Shown piece after piece: positions 15,514-23,956 of a stretch of 26,436 bases of DNA. The notes beneath the pieces are model-generated. The model was not told where the DNA came from. It saw only the letters and a list, made by a program, of their open reading frames with translations, and ran no database searches. Origin of the DNA: a virus. Its lineage: Duplodnaviria > Caudoviricetes. The stretch covers positions 1 through 26,436 of the IMG/VR virus record IMGVR_UViG_3300049144_000042. One strand, written 5' to 3'. Numbering within the stretch: the first letter of the stretch is position 1; the number at the start of each line of letters is the position of its first letter. The translations under genes were made by a program, and so were the position numbers.

Positions 15514-15914
15514 TGGCCGCGGTCGGCTCGGTCGACGTCGAGCTGGAGGTCATGGTCTGGCTGCGCGCCCACTTGGGCGAGGACGTTGTGGTGCGGGACG
15601 AGCTCGACAACAACCTGCTCGACGAGCTGCCGACGGTTCAGGTGCAGCGCCTGCCCGGCGGTGGCGACGACGGTATCCGCCTGGACCGGGCGCTTGTCGA
15701 CGTGGATGTCTACGCCGCGACCCGGGCTGACGCGATCTCCCTGTCGGCGACGATCCGGGGGCTACTGCTGGGGGGCCTGCGCGGCAGCAGCACCGCCCAG
15801 GCTGTGTTCGGGCGCGTCGCCACTGTCAGCGCCCCGGGCGTGCGCCCCTACGAGAACACCGGGCTCCGCCGCGTCGGAGCCACCTACGAGATCTTCTGTC
15901 ACCCGGTCTCCTGA
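15513..15914 (+). CDS. tail terminator protein (133 aa)
   Basis: TGATG overlap; LPTVQVQRLPGG…DRALVDVDVYA pattern; precedes the tube gene. Confidence 0.82.
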   Translation: MAAVGSVDVELEVMVWLRAHLGEDVVVRDELDNNLLDELPTVQVQRLPGGGDDGIRLDRALVDVDVYAATRADAISLSATIRGLLLGGLRGSSTAQAVFGRVATVSAPGVRPYENTGLRRVGATYEIFCHPVS

Positions 15915-15949
15915 CCGGCCTGTGGGCCCGCGCCGGACCCTGTAACCCT

Positions 15950-15979
15950 GACCCCGCCGCACGCGGGGTCTTCGCATAT
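15950..15979 (+). terminator. terminator-like hairpin upstream of the major tail gene
   Basis: GACCCCGC-cgcac-GCGGGGTC followed by TTCGCATAT. Confidence 0.45.
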
Positions 15980-15990
15980 CTGGAGACCTC

Positions 15991-16578
15991 ATGGTTTCGA
16001 TCACCCGCGCGGCGGACCTGCTGGAAGTCGGCGCGAACGGCGGCGGCTGGGTGGCCCCGCTGGGCACCGCCTCGCCCGGCGACCCGAACATCCAGCCGCT
16101 CGCGCCGTGGGAGCCGCTCGGCGCGATCAGCGACGACGGCCTGGTGCAGGGCTTCGAGGAGGACACGCAGTCCTTCACGCCGTGGGGCTACACCGCCCCG
16201 ATCCGCACCACCATCACCAGCTCGCTGCGCACGTTCGGCCTGACGGTGTGGGAGACGGGCCGCACGACCGTGCAGTCGCTGCAGTACCGCATCGACACGG
16301 CGGACCTGGCCCCGACCGGCGGTCTGACGACGTTCGCGGAGACCGCGAGCCCCGTTCCGGACCGGCGCGCGTTCTGGTTCGTCGTCCTGGACGGCGACAA
16401 CTTCCAGCGCGGCTTCTACGTCCCGGAGGGCGAGATCACCGAACGCTCGGACGTGTCCCACAAGCAGGACGAAGTCGCGGGCTACGAATGGACGATCACG
16501 GCTTACCCCGACAGCGCCGGCAACACGGTCTACCACTTCGACCGCCTCCCGGCGACGGCCGAGTACACCGGCTCCTGA
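15991..16578 (+). CDS. major tail (tube) protein (195 aa)
   Basis: WVAPLGT…LGAISDDGL…PWG…YEWTITAYPD motifs; ends …AEYTGS. Confidence 0.9.
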   Translation: MVSITRAADLLEVGANGGGWVAPLGTASPGDPNIQPLAPWEPLGAISDDGLVQGFEEDTQSFTPWGYTAPIRTTITSSLRTFGLTVWETGRTTVQSLQYRIDTADLAPTGGLTTFAETASPVPDRRAFWFVVLDGDNFQRGFYVPEGEITERSDVSHKQDEVAGYEWTITAYPDSAGNTVYHFDRLPATAEYTGS

Positions 16579-16581
16579 GCT

Positions 16582-16667
16582 GGTGGACGGGCCGCCACCC
16601 TGGCGCGGGCCCGGCCCGTCCACCTCCCCCCTTTGCCCGCGCCGCTTGACAGAAGGAGGCCCGCGCC
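16582..16667 (+). promoter_or_regulatory. 13-bp hairpin with pseudoknot potential between the tube and chaperone genes
   Basis: GGTGGACGGGCCG (16582-16594)/CGGCCCGTCCACC (16612-16624); loop GGCGCGGGC (16602-16610) is complementary to GCCCGCGCC at 16635-16643 and 16659-16667. Confidence 0.6.
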
Positions 16668-17021
16668 ATGCCCGCCACCAAGGACCAGATCGAAGCCGCC
16701 CGTGCCCAGGAGATGGAGGTCGACACGGAGGGCGAGTACCTCACCGTGCCGCTCGCCGGATTCGACGGCGTCACCAAGGACGTTCGGGTGCTGCCCGCCA
16801 GCCGGTGGAGGGCCTCGGCGATCCGCGCCCTGAACAGCGGCAACATCGATGGCTTCATGGAGATCGTGCTCCACGAGGACGACTACGAGATCTTCGAGGA
16901 GCTCGACCCGACGACGGACGGGATCGGAAAGTTCGCCGAGGAGGCGTCGCGCCGGTCCGGGGAGGCCCTGGGAAAGTCCAGTGGACGTATCAGGTCTGGG
17001 AACGGTACGCGGAAGAGCTAG
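16668..17021 (+). CDS. tail assembly chaperone, gpG-like (117 aa)
   Basis: Between tube and tape measure; RBS GAAGGAGG; slippery site near the 3' end. Confidence 0.88.
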   Translation: MPATKDQIEAARAQEMEVDTEGEYLTVPLAGFDGVTKDVRVLPASRWRASAIRALNSGNIDGFMEIVLHEDDYEIFEELDPTTDGIGKFAEEASRRSGEALGKSSGRIRSGNGTRKS

Positions 17022-17422
17022 AGGACGACCTGCTACCCAAGGTCGACCTGCTCGATCTGCACCGCGGCCGCCTGTCATGGCGGCGTCTGCGTGTCCTCAT
17101 AGAGGGCCTGCCGCCAGATTCCCGGACACTGACGGCGATGCGGAATGACACGCCGGCTGAGGAACTCTCCGACCAGGCGGAGAAGGGCGAGCCGGAGAAG
17201 GGCCGCTGGTCCCAGCAGGAGCAACTGCTGGCGCTCATTGCCGACAGGGTCGCGCGCCTCGAGTGGGTTCTGCTGTGCGTCAACATCGACAAGAAGTCGA
17301 AGCGACCGGATCCGCCGGAGCCGATCCGCCGCCCGGGCGCAGCGCCCCGCAAGAAGAAGCCGAAGCTCAACGAGAACAGCGCCAACCGGCTGTTCCAGCT
17401 CATTCAGGGGGGCGCCGAGTAG
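16970..17422 (+). CDS. tail assembly chaperone gpT-like extension reached by a -1 frameshift (full gpG-T product 16668..17422)
   Basis: In-frame G GGA AAG heptamer at 16970-16976; the -1 frame is open to 17422 with LSWRRLRVLIEGLPPDS…W…LLA…D…PEPIRRPG. Confidence 0.88.
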   Translation, partial: GKVQWTYQVWERYAEELEDDLLPKVDLLDLHRGRLSWRRLRVLIEGLPPDSRTLTAMRNDTPAEELSDQAEKGEPEKGRWSQQEQLLALIADRVARLEWVLLCVNIDKKSKRPDPPEPIRRPGAAPRKKKPKLNENSANRLFQLIQGGAE

Positions 17423-17440
17423 CGCCACGGGGGAGGTGCC

Positions 17441-20400
17441 GTGGCCGCAATCAGTGTGGGTTCCGTCGAGGTCGACGTTGTCCCCAACGCCCGCGGTATC
17501 CGTTCCCGGCTGCAGGCCGGGTTGGTGCCGGCCGCGGACCAGGTCGGCGACGAGATGGGGCGGCTCATCGGCCGCCACATCTCCACACAGATCGCACAGG
17601 CCATCCGCAACGGTGTGACCGCGGGCGGGCGCACGGCCACGCCGTCGGCCGCCCGCTCCGGCGAGCAGGCCGGCGGTGCGTTTGGCCGGACGTTCCGCAC
17701 GCGCGTGCAGGCTGCCATGCAGAATCTGCCGCGTGCGGACGTGCGCATCGACGAGACCGGCTTCAACGCGGACATGGCCCGACTGAGGGCCCGTCTGGAG
17801 ACGCTGTCAAACAAGCGGATCGGTGTCGATGTCGATGCGGCGACCGCGCTGGCTGAGGTCGAGCGGCTGCAGCAGCAGCTGCGCCGTCTCGGGGCCGAGC
17901 ACCCGGACGTCAACGTGCGCGTCGACACGGGCCAGGCCATCGCCGAGCTGGAGGCTCTGCGGGCGGAGATCAACCGCCTCGACGGCCGCACGGCGAAGGT
18001 CGACGTCGACACCCGCTCGGCGTCGGCGAATCTGAACCTGCTGACAACGGCGGCGCTCGCCTTCGGCCCGGCGATCATCCCGGCTTTGCCGGTGGTGGCG
18101 GCCGGGCTGGGGGCCATTGCCGCGGCGGCCTCGGCTGCTGCGGTCGGCGTCGGCTCTATCGCCCTGGTGGCTGTGCCCGCCTTCGTCCAGATGAGCAAGG
18201 TCATGCAGGCGCAGAAGGCCGCCCAGGACGCGGCGACGAACGCCGCGTTGAAGGGCGGGCAGGCTGCCTCGCAGGCGGCCTCGCGTTCGCTGCAGATGGC
18301 AGGCGCCCAGCAGGCGCTGGCGACCGCGCACCGCAACGCGGCCCGGCAGATCGCCCAGGCGGAGCAGGGTGTATCGGACGCGGTGCGGTCCGCCGCGGAG
18401 GCCAACCGGCGGGCCAAGCAGAGCCTCGCCGACGCGGTGCAGCAGGCCGCGGATCGGCAGCGGCAGGCCGCCGAGCAGGTCCGCCGCGCTGAGGAGTCGC
18501 TGGCGGACGCTCAGCGTGCCGCGCGCCAGGCCCAGCAGGATCTGACCCAAGCGCGCCGCGACGCTGCGCAGGAACTCGCCGATCTTGAGACGCGCCTCGC
18601 CAATGCCCAGTTGTCCGAGCGGGACGCTGTGCTGTCCGTGCAGGAGGCTCGGGACCGGCTGCGCGCCGTGCAGGCGGCGGGGTCGAAGGCGTCTCTGCTG
18701 GAGCAGCAGCGCGCCCAGCTCGCCTACGACCAGGCGGTGCAGCGCCTCAAGGAGCAGCAGGCCGAGACCAAGAGCCTGACGTCGCAGAAGGAGGCCGCCG
18801 ACAAGGCCGGCGTCGAGGGCTCCAAGACGGTGCAGGATGCCCAGGAGCGACTGCGGCAGGCCGACAAGGCGGTCGCCGACCAGCAGCAGGAGCTGGCCCA
18901 GGCGCGACAGGCTGCTGCTCGCCAGCAGGTCGAGGCTCAGCAGACGGTGGCCGAGGCGCAACGGAACGTCGCCCGCACCCAGGAGGATGGGGCTCGCGCT
19001 GTAGCCCGCGCGCAGGAACAACTGGCCTCCGCGCAGCAGTCCGCAGCAGATTCGATCGCTTCCGCGCAGCGGGGGATAGCCTCCGCATCGCTGCAGGCGG
19101 CCGACGGCGTCGATCAGGCTGCCATCGCGCAGGCCAAGTACCAGCAGGAGCTGGCGAAGCTCACTCCGGCAGCCCGGGACACCTTGAACGCCTTCACGGG
19201 ACTGAAGACCGCGTTCGGCGACTGGTCGAAGGCGCTGCAGCCTGCCGTGATGCCCATCTTCACGCGGGCGCTGAACGGCATGCGTCGTGCCCTGCCCGGG
19301 TTGACGCCCTTCGTCCTGCAGGCCGCAGGCGCCATCCAGACGCTGATGGACAAGGCGTCCGCCGAGTTCAAGCAGCCGTTCTGGCAGGAGTTCAAAGACG
19401 ACCTGGTGACGTCAGTGAGGCCTGCCATCATCGGCCTCGGAGTGGCGTTCGGCAACGTCTTCAAGGGCATGGCAGGGGTGATCGGCGCCTTCCTGCCGCA
19501 CATGGACTCCATCAGTGGGCGCATGCAGAACCTGACGGCTCGCTTCGCTGCGTGGGGTGCGAACCTGAAGGGCAGCCCGGAATTCGAGCGGTTCTTGGGC
19601 TACTCGGCCGAGATGGCGCCGAAGCTGTGGGACGCGCTGAGGCAGGTCGCGTCCGCGGTTCTGTCGATCGCGCAGGCCATGGCTCCGCTGAGCAGTATCG
19701 CGCTGCAGGTCCTCGGCGACTTCGCCAGCGGGGTGAACTGGCTGGCCACGCACATGCCGTGGCTGGTGCAGGGCATCTACGCCGTGATCATCGCCCTGAA
19801 CGCCTGGAAGCTGGGCGTGCTGGCGTGGGCGGCGGCGCAGCGCATCGCAAACGTCGCGATGATCGCCTTCAACGTCATCTCCAAGGCAGGCCCGTGGGGC
19901 TGGATCGCCCTGGCGATTGCTGCTGTCGTGGCCGCAGTGATCTACCTGTACAAGAACGTGGACTGGTTCCGCAACGCGGTGCAGGCCGTGTGGGAGAAGA
20001 TCGTCAGTGCTGGCGTGGCGGTCCGGGACTGGTTCGCCGGCCCGTTCGCGACCTTCTTCACGCGGACCATTCCCGCCGTTTTCCGGTCGCTGCTCAGCTG
20101 GGTGGCCAGGAACTGGCCCTGGATCCTCGGGGCCCTGACGGGGCCGATCGGGCTCTCGGTCGTGGCCATCATCAAGCTCTGGGGGCAGATCAGCGCAGGT
20201 GTGGCCGAGGCGTGGGGGTGGATCAAGACTCGCGTCCTGTTCCCCATCCGGGACTTCTTCACGAAGACGGTGCCCGGCTGGGCGGACACCCTGAAGGGCA
20301 AGTTGGTCGGCTCCTTCGATGCTGCCCGCGAGGGCATCAAGACCGCCTGGGACAAGATCAAGAAGATCGCTCGCGACCCGATCCAGTACGTCGTCGACAT

Positions 20401-21694
20401 CGTCTACAACAAGGGCATCGTCGGCGTCTGGAACAAGATCGCAGGCGCATTCGGGGCCCCCAAGCTGGCGGAGTTCAAATTCGCCAGCGGCGGCGTCATG
20501 CCGGGCTACACGCCGGGCCGGGACGTACACCGGTTCGTGTCCCCGACCGGTGGCGCGCTCGAACTCAGCGGCGGCGAGGCCATCATGCGGCCCGAGTTCA
20601 CCCGCGCGGTGGGCGCCGGCTTCGTCCACACGATGAACGCCGTCGCTCGCTCCCGCGGCACCGAAGGCGTCAAGGCGGCGCTGGCGCCCGTCTTCGGCGG
20701 CAACCCCAACACGCCTACCGACCGGTCGCTGCGCTACTCGGGCGGCGGTGTCGTGCAGCGCTTCGCTGACGGCGGCATCTTCGGGTGGATCGGCAAGGGC
20801 CTTAGCGCGGTGGCCGGCGCGGGATCCGCCGCCTGGAACAAGATCAAGGAAGGGGCGGCATGGCTGGGTGACACCATCGAGGCATCCGCGCGAGCGGGCG
20901 TGACGCATGTCGTCGACCCGCTGCTGAAGTCCTTTCCCGGCATGGATACCGGCATCGGCAAGATGATCCGCCGGATCCCCACGCGGATCATCGACGCACT
21001 GTTCGGCTACAGCAAGGAGGCCGACAGCAAGGGCGCGGGCGGCGTCGGGGGGCCGCGGATCCAGGCCGCGTTGAAGTGGGCCAAGACGCAGAACGGCTTG
21101 CCGTACCAGTGGGCTGGCAACGGCAACCCGTCCTGGGACTGCAGCGGATTCCTCAGCGCCATCGAGTCCGTCATCCGAGGTCAGAAGCCCCACCGGCGCT
21201 GGGCGACGATGGCGTTCTCCGGCAAGACGGCACCTCCCGGCTGGGTGTACCACGGCAACTCGCCGTTCCGCATCGGCATCACCAACGCCGGTGTAGGGCA
21301 CACCGCGGGCACCCTCGGCGGCGTCAACGTCGAGTCGAGGGGCGGTGACGGCGTCATCGTCGGCAGCCGGGCCCGCAGCTACAAGGACAAGCTGTTCACC
21401 TCGTGGTACGGCTTCGAGCCCGGTAAGTACGACAGTGGGGGCTACCTGCAGCCGGGCCTCAACTTGGCCTACAACGGGACGGGGCGGCCCGAGCCCGTCT
21501 TCACCACAGCCCAGGCCAACGCGCTGACGACTCTCGCCGGCCGGGGTACCGCGGCCGGGCCTGCGCGCTTCGAGGGCGACCTCTACCTCGACTCCGGCGA
21601 GTTCCTCGGCCGGGTGCGGGGCGAGGCGCAGCAGGTCGTCGTCGAGAACAACCGGCAGATCATGACGGCTCTAGGCGCACGGCCGAGGGGGTGA
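17441..21694 (+). CDS. tape measure protein with C-terminal NlpC/P60-like peptidoglycan hydrolase domain (1417 aa)
   Basis: VGSVEVDVVPNA start, long Ala/Gln coiled coils, hydrophobic middle with Trp/Phe periodicity, PYQWAG…WDCSGF…GHTAG. Confidence 0.95.
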   Translation: MAAISVGSVEVDVVPNARGIRSRLQAGLVPAADQVGDEMGRLIGRHISTQIAQAIRNGVTAGGRTATPSAARSGEQAGGAFGRTFRTRVQAAMQNLPRADVRIDETGFNADMARLRARLETLSNKRIGVDVDAATALAEVERLQQQLRRLGAEHPDVNVRVDTGQAIAELEALRAEINRLDGRTAKVDVDTRSASANLNLLTTAALAFGPAIIPALPVVAAGLGAIAAAASAAAVGVGSIALVAVPAFVQMSKVMQAQKAAQDAATNAALKGGQAASQAASRSLQMAGAQQALATAHRNAARQIAQAEQGVSDAVRSAAEANRRAKQSLADAVQQAADRQRQAAEQVRRAEESLADAQRAARQAQQDLTQARRDAAQELADLETRLANAQLSERDAVLSVQEARDRLRAVQAAGSKASLLEQQRAQLAYDQAVQRLKEQQAETKSLTSQKEAADKAGVEGSKTVQDAQERLRQADKAVADQQQELAQARQAAARQQVEAQQTVAEAQRNVARTQEDGARAVARAQEQLASAQQSAADSIASAQRGIASASLQAADGVDQAAIAQAKYQQELAKLTPAARDTLNAFTGLKTAFGDWSKALQPAVMPIFTRALNGMRRALPGLTPFVLQAAGAIQTLMDKASAEFKQPFWQEFKDDLVTSVRPAIIGLGVAFGNVFKGMAGVIGAFLPHMDSISGRMQNLTARFAAWGANLKGSPEFERFLGYSAEMAPKLWDALRQVASAVLSIAQAMAPLSSIALQVLGDFASGVNWLATHMPWLVQGIYAVIIALNAWKLGVLAWAAAQRIANVAMIAFNVISKAGPWGWIALAIAAVVAAVIYLYKNVDWFRNAVQAVWEKIVSAGVAVRDWFAGPFATFFTRTIPAVFRSLLSWVARNWPWILGALTGPIGLSVVAIIKLWGQISAGVAEAWGWIKTRVLFPIRDFFTKTVPGWADTLKGKLVGSFDAAREGIKTAWDKIKKIARDPIQYVVDIVYNKGIVGVWNKIAGAFGAPKLAEFKFASGGVMPGYTPGRDVHRFVSPTGGALELSGGEAIMRPEFTRAVGAGFVHTMNAVARSRGTEGVKAALAPVFGGNPNTPTDRSLRYSGGGVVQRFADGGIFGWIGKGLSAVAGAGSAAWNKIKEGAAWLGDTIEASARAGVTHVVDPLLKSFPGMDTGIGKMIRRIPTRIIDALFGYSKEADSKGAGGVGGPRIQAALKWAKTQNGLPYQWAGNGNPSWDCSGFLSAIESVIRGQKPHRRWATMAFSGKTAPPGWVYHGNSPFRIGITNAGVGHTAGTLGGVNVESRGGDGVIVGSRARSYKDKLFTSWYGFEPGKYDSGGYLQPGLNLAYNGTGRPEPVFTTAQANALTTLAGRGTAAGPARFEGDLYLDSGEFLGRVRGEAQQVVVENNRQIMTALGARPRG

Positions 21695-21697
21695 CCT

Positions 21698-23944
21698 GTG
21701 GCGATCCCCGGGAACTTCCTCAGCCAGACGACGGAGGCTGTCGACCCGAACGCCTCCGGCTGGGCGGCGAAGCTGAATTGCTCGCTCAGCCTGGGGTCGG
21801 GTGGCCGGAACGGTGACGGCTGCGTCACCATGCGGTCGACGGCGGCTGGGGAGATGCAGGCCCGCACCTACTCCTCGTATGGGGTGCAGCCGGGTGAGAC
21901 GTACTGGGTGTTCGCGGATGCCAGCAGCGCGACGCTCCCGGAGCGGATCGGGATCCGCTGGCTGTCCGCGACCGGCGCGGAGGTGTCCGTCACCTGGTCG
22001 CTGACGACGACTGCCGCGTCGGCGACGTGGCATCGCATCTCGGTCGGTGGCCAGGCCCCGGCGACTGCGGCCCGCGCCCAGGTGCTGGTGTCGGCCACCG
22101 CCACGGCCGGCAACCAGACCGTCTTCTTCGAGAACGTGTACCTCGGCTATCCGCTGCGCTTCGCGGGGAACTTGCTGTCCTTCGACGCGGAGCAGCAGGA
22201 GATCACTGGCACGTCGTGGGCGGTCGAGGCCAACGGCACGCTCAGCCGGTCGGCGCCGCCTGTGTCCTGGCCGGCCACCTGGTACTACTCCGGTGGCGAG
22301 ACCCTCACGCTCACCGTCACCGCGAACGGCAACGCATCTGCCTTGTGCACGGAGCGGCCGGCCGTTACCCCGGGGGTGGAGTACCTGGGGTATGCCTACC
22401 TCAACCCGCCCACGAGCGCCTCGACGTGCTGGGTGGAGTTGCGCTTCTACGACAGTGGCGGGGCGCAGATCCAGGCGATTCGGTCGACGCTGGCCGCCCC
22501 AGGCACGGGCTGGTACCGGCAGATCGCGTCTGCGGTCGCCCCAGCGGGGGCAGCCTCGGCATCGCTGGCTGTGGGGATCACCTCGGCGACGGCCGGGCAG
22601 GTGATGCGCACGGAGGGCGCCGTCGTCAAGGTGCGCACCGCGGCGCCCACCAGCAGCGCCCAGAACACGAACCTGGTCAGCTACGCGGACTCCAACTTCG
22701 AGCAGGGCATCGGCCAGTGGACGACGGTGTCCGGGGTGGCAACGCTGGCCCGGTCGACGCCGTGGGGCGCGCTCTCCTTCGAGCAGGCGTACAGCCTGAC
22801 CGTCACCAGCAGCACCGCGGCCGCGAGCACGATCCGCTCCGGTATCTACCGGGTGACGCCCGGGATGAACCACCGGGTGAAGGCGACGTTCAGGCGTACT
22901 GCGGGCGGCTGGAGCATGGTGGCCTCGGTGCGCTGGCTGGACGCCTCCAACGGGCTGATCAGCACCAGTACCTCGTCGAGCGTCGCGATCCCCAGCGACG
23001 GCCTCTGGTACACCCTGGCATTCGATTTCACGGCACCGGCGGGCGCCGTGTCGGCGCAGGTCGACTACGTGCTGACGGCGACGGCAGCGAGCAGTGTCCT
23101 GCAGGTCGACAGCGTCACTCTGTACCAGGTGCTGCCGCAGTCGACGCTGACGGTCGACAACGGGTCGGCGTCGGCCACGCTCGTCATGCGGGAGATCGAC
23201 ACCAGCCGTGTGATGACCGTCTACCGCATCCTCGCGGACGGCTCGCGGACGCTGGTGCGGGGGGCGTCGGGGCTGCTGGATCGGGTGTCCCCGGCGGACG
23301 ACACGATGATCGTCACCGACTACGAGGCGCCGCTCGGCGTCCCGTTCTCGTACCGGATCGAGATGTACTCCACGTCGACGGGCCTGCTGACCGAGTACCG
23401 GCGGACGGCGACGGTCACCATCGATGCGGGCGACCCCAGCTATGTGTGGCTGAAGGACCCGCTCCGACCGCTGGTCAACATGCGCGTGCTGGTCGCGCGG
23501 GCCCCGGACTGGCAGCAGCCGATCGAGCAGCAGGTGTACCGCGTCCGCGGCCGGCAGGCCCCGGTCGTCCTGTCGGGGGTGCGCTCCGGCCGGGAGGGCT
23601 CGCTGGTCGTATGGACGCAGAGCGACGAGGAGCGGGAGGCGCTGAGGTTCCTTCTGGCCACCGGCAATGTGCTGCTGTGGCAGTCGGCGCCCGGGATGGG
23701 TGAGTCCGACGTGTACGTCGCGGTCGGCGAGACCGCGGCCCCTCGGATCACTACCTACGCGCCTGAGCCGTGGCGGGAGTGGACGCTGCCACTCGTCGAG
23801 GTGGACCGCCCGACTGGCGGCATGGCCGGCTCGCCGACGTGGACGGTGCGCGACGTCAGTATCGAGAACGCGACCGTGCTGGGGCTGCTCGGCCGCTACG
23901 CGACCGTGCTGGACCTGGCCCTGAACCAGCGCGCCGACGGCTGA
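21698..23944 (+). CDS. minor tail protein: three carbohydrate-binding-like repeats plus a probable distal-tail (Dit-like) domain (748 aa)
   Basis: First gene after the tape measure; three ~150-aa repeats starting GNFLS/GNLLS/NLVSY, each with V.PG..Y/H and W/F.(D/S)..G motifs; C-terminal TDYEAPLG…WLKDP. Confidence 0.8.
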   Translation: MAIPGNFLSQTTEAVDPNASGWAAKLNCSLSLGSGGRNGDGCVTMRSTAAGEMQARTYSSYGVQPGETYWVFADASSATLPERIGIRWLSATGAEVSVTWSLTTTAASATWHRISVGGQAPATAARAQVLVSATATAGNQTVFFENVYLGYPLRFAGNLLSFDAEQQEITGTSWAVEANGTLSRSAPPVSWPATWYYSGGETLTLTVTANGNASALCTERPAVTPGVEYLGYAYLNPPTSASTCWVELRFYDSGGAQIQAIRSTLAAPGTGWYRQIASAVAPAGAASASLAVGITSATAGQVMRTEGAVVKVRTAAPTSSAQNTNLVSYADSNFEQGIGQWTTVSGVATLARSTPWGALSFEQAYSLTVTSSTAAASTIRSGIYRVTPGMNHRVKATFRRTAGGWSMVASVRWLDASNGLISTSTSSSVAIPSDGLWYTLAFDFTAPAGAVSAQVDYVLTATAASSVLQVDSVTLYQVLPQSTLTVDNGSASATLVMREIDTSRVMTVYRILADGSRTLVRGASGLLDRVSPADDTMIVTDYEAPLGVPFSYRIEMYSTSTGLLTEYRRTATVTIDAGDPSYVWLKDPLRPLVNMRVLVARAPDWQQPIEQQVYRVRGRQAPVVLSGVRSGREGSLVVWTQSDEEREALRFLLATGNVLLWQSAPGMGESDVYVAVGETAAPRITTYAPEPWREWTLPLVEVDRPTGGMAGSPTWTVRDVSIENATVLGLLGRYATVLDLALNQRADG

Positions 23945-23956
23945 GAGGGGGCGCTC

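Noticed and set aside
16925-16931. Second slippery site C GGA AAG in the chaperone gene
   Set aside because: Does not fit X XXY YYZ; the canonical site is at 16970-16976.
18200-19180. Repetitive GCGCAG/CAGCAG DNA in the tape measure gene
   Set aside because: Explained by Ala/Gln-rich coiled-coil coding; not an independent repeat element.
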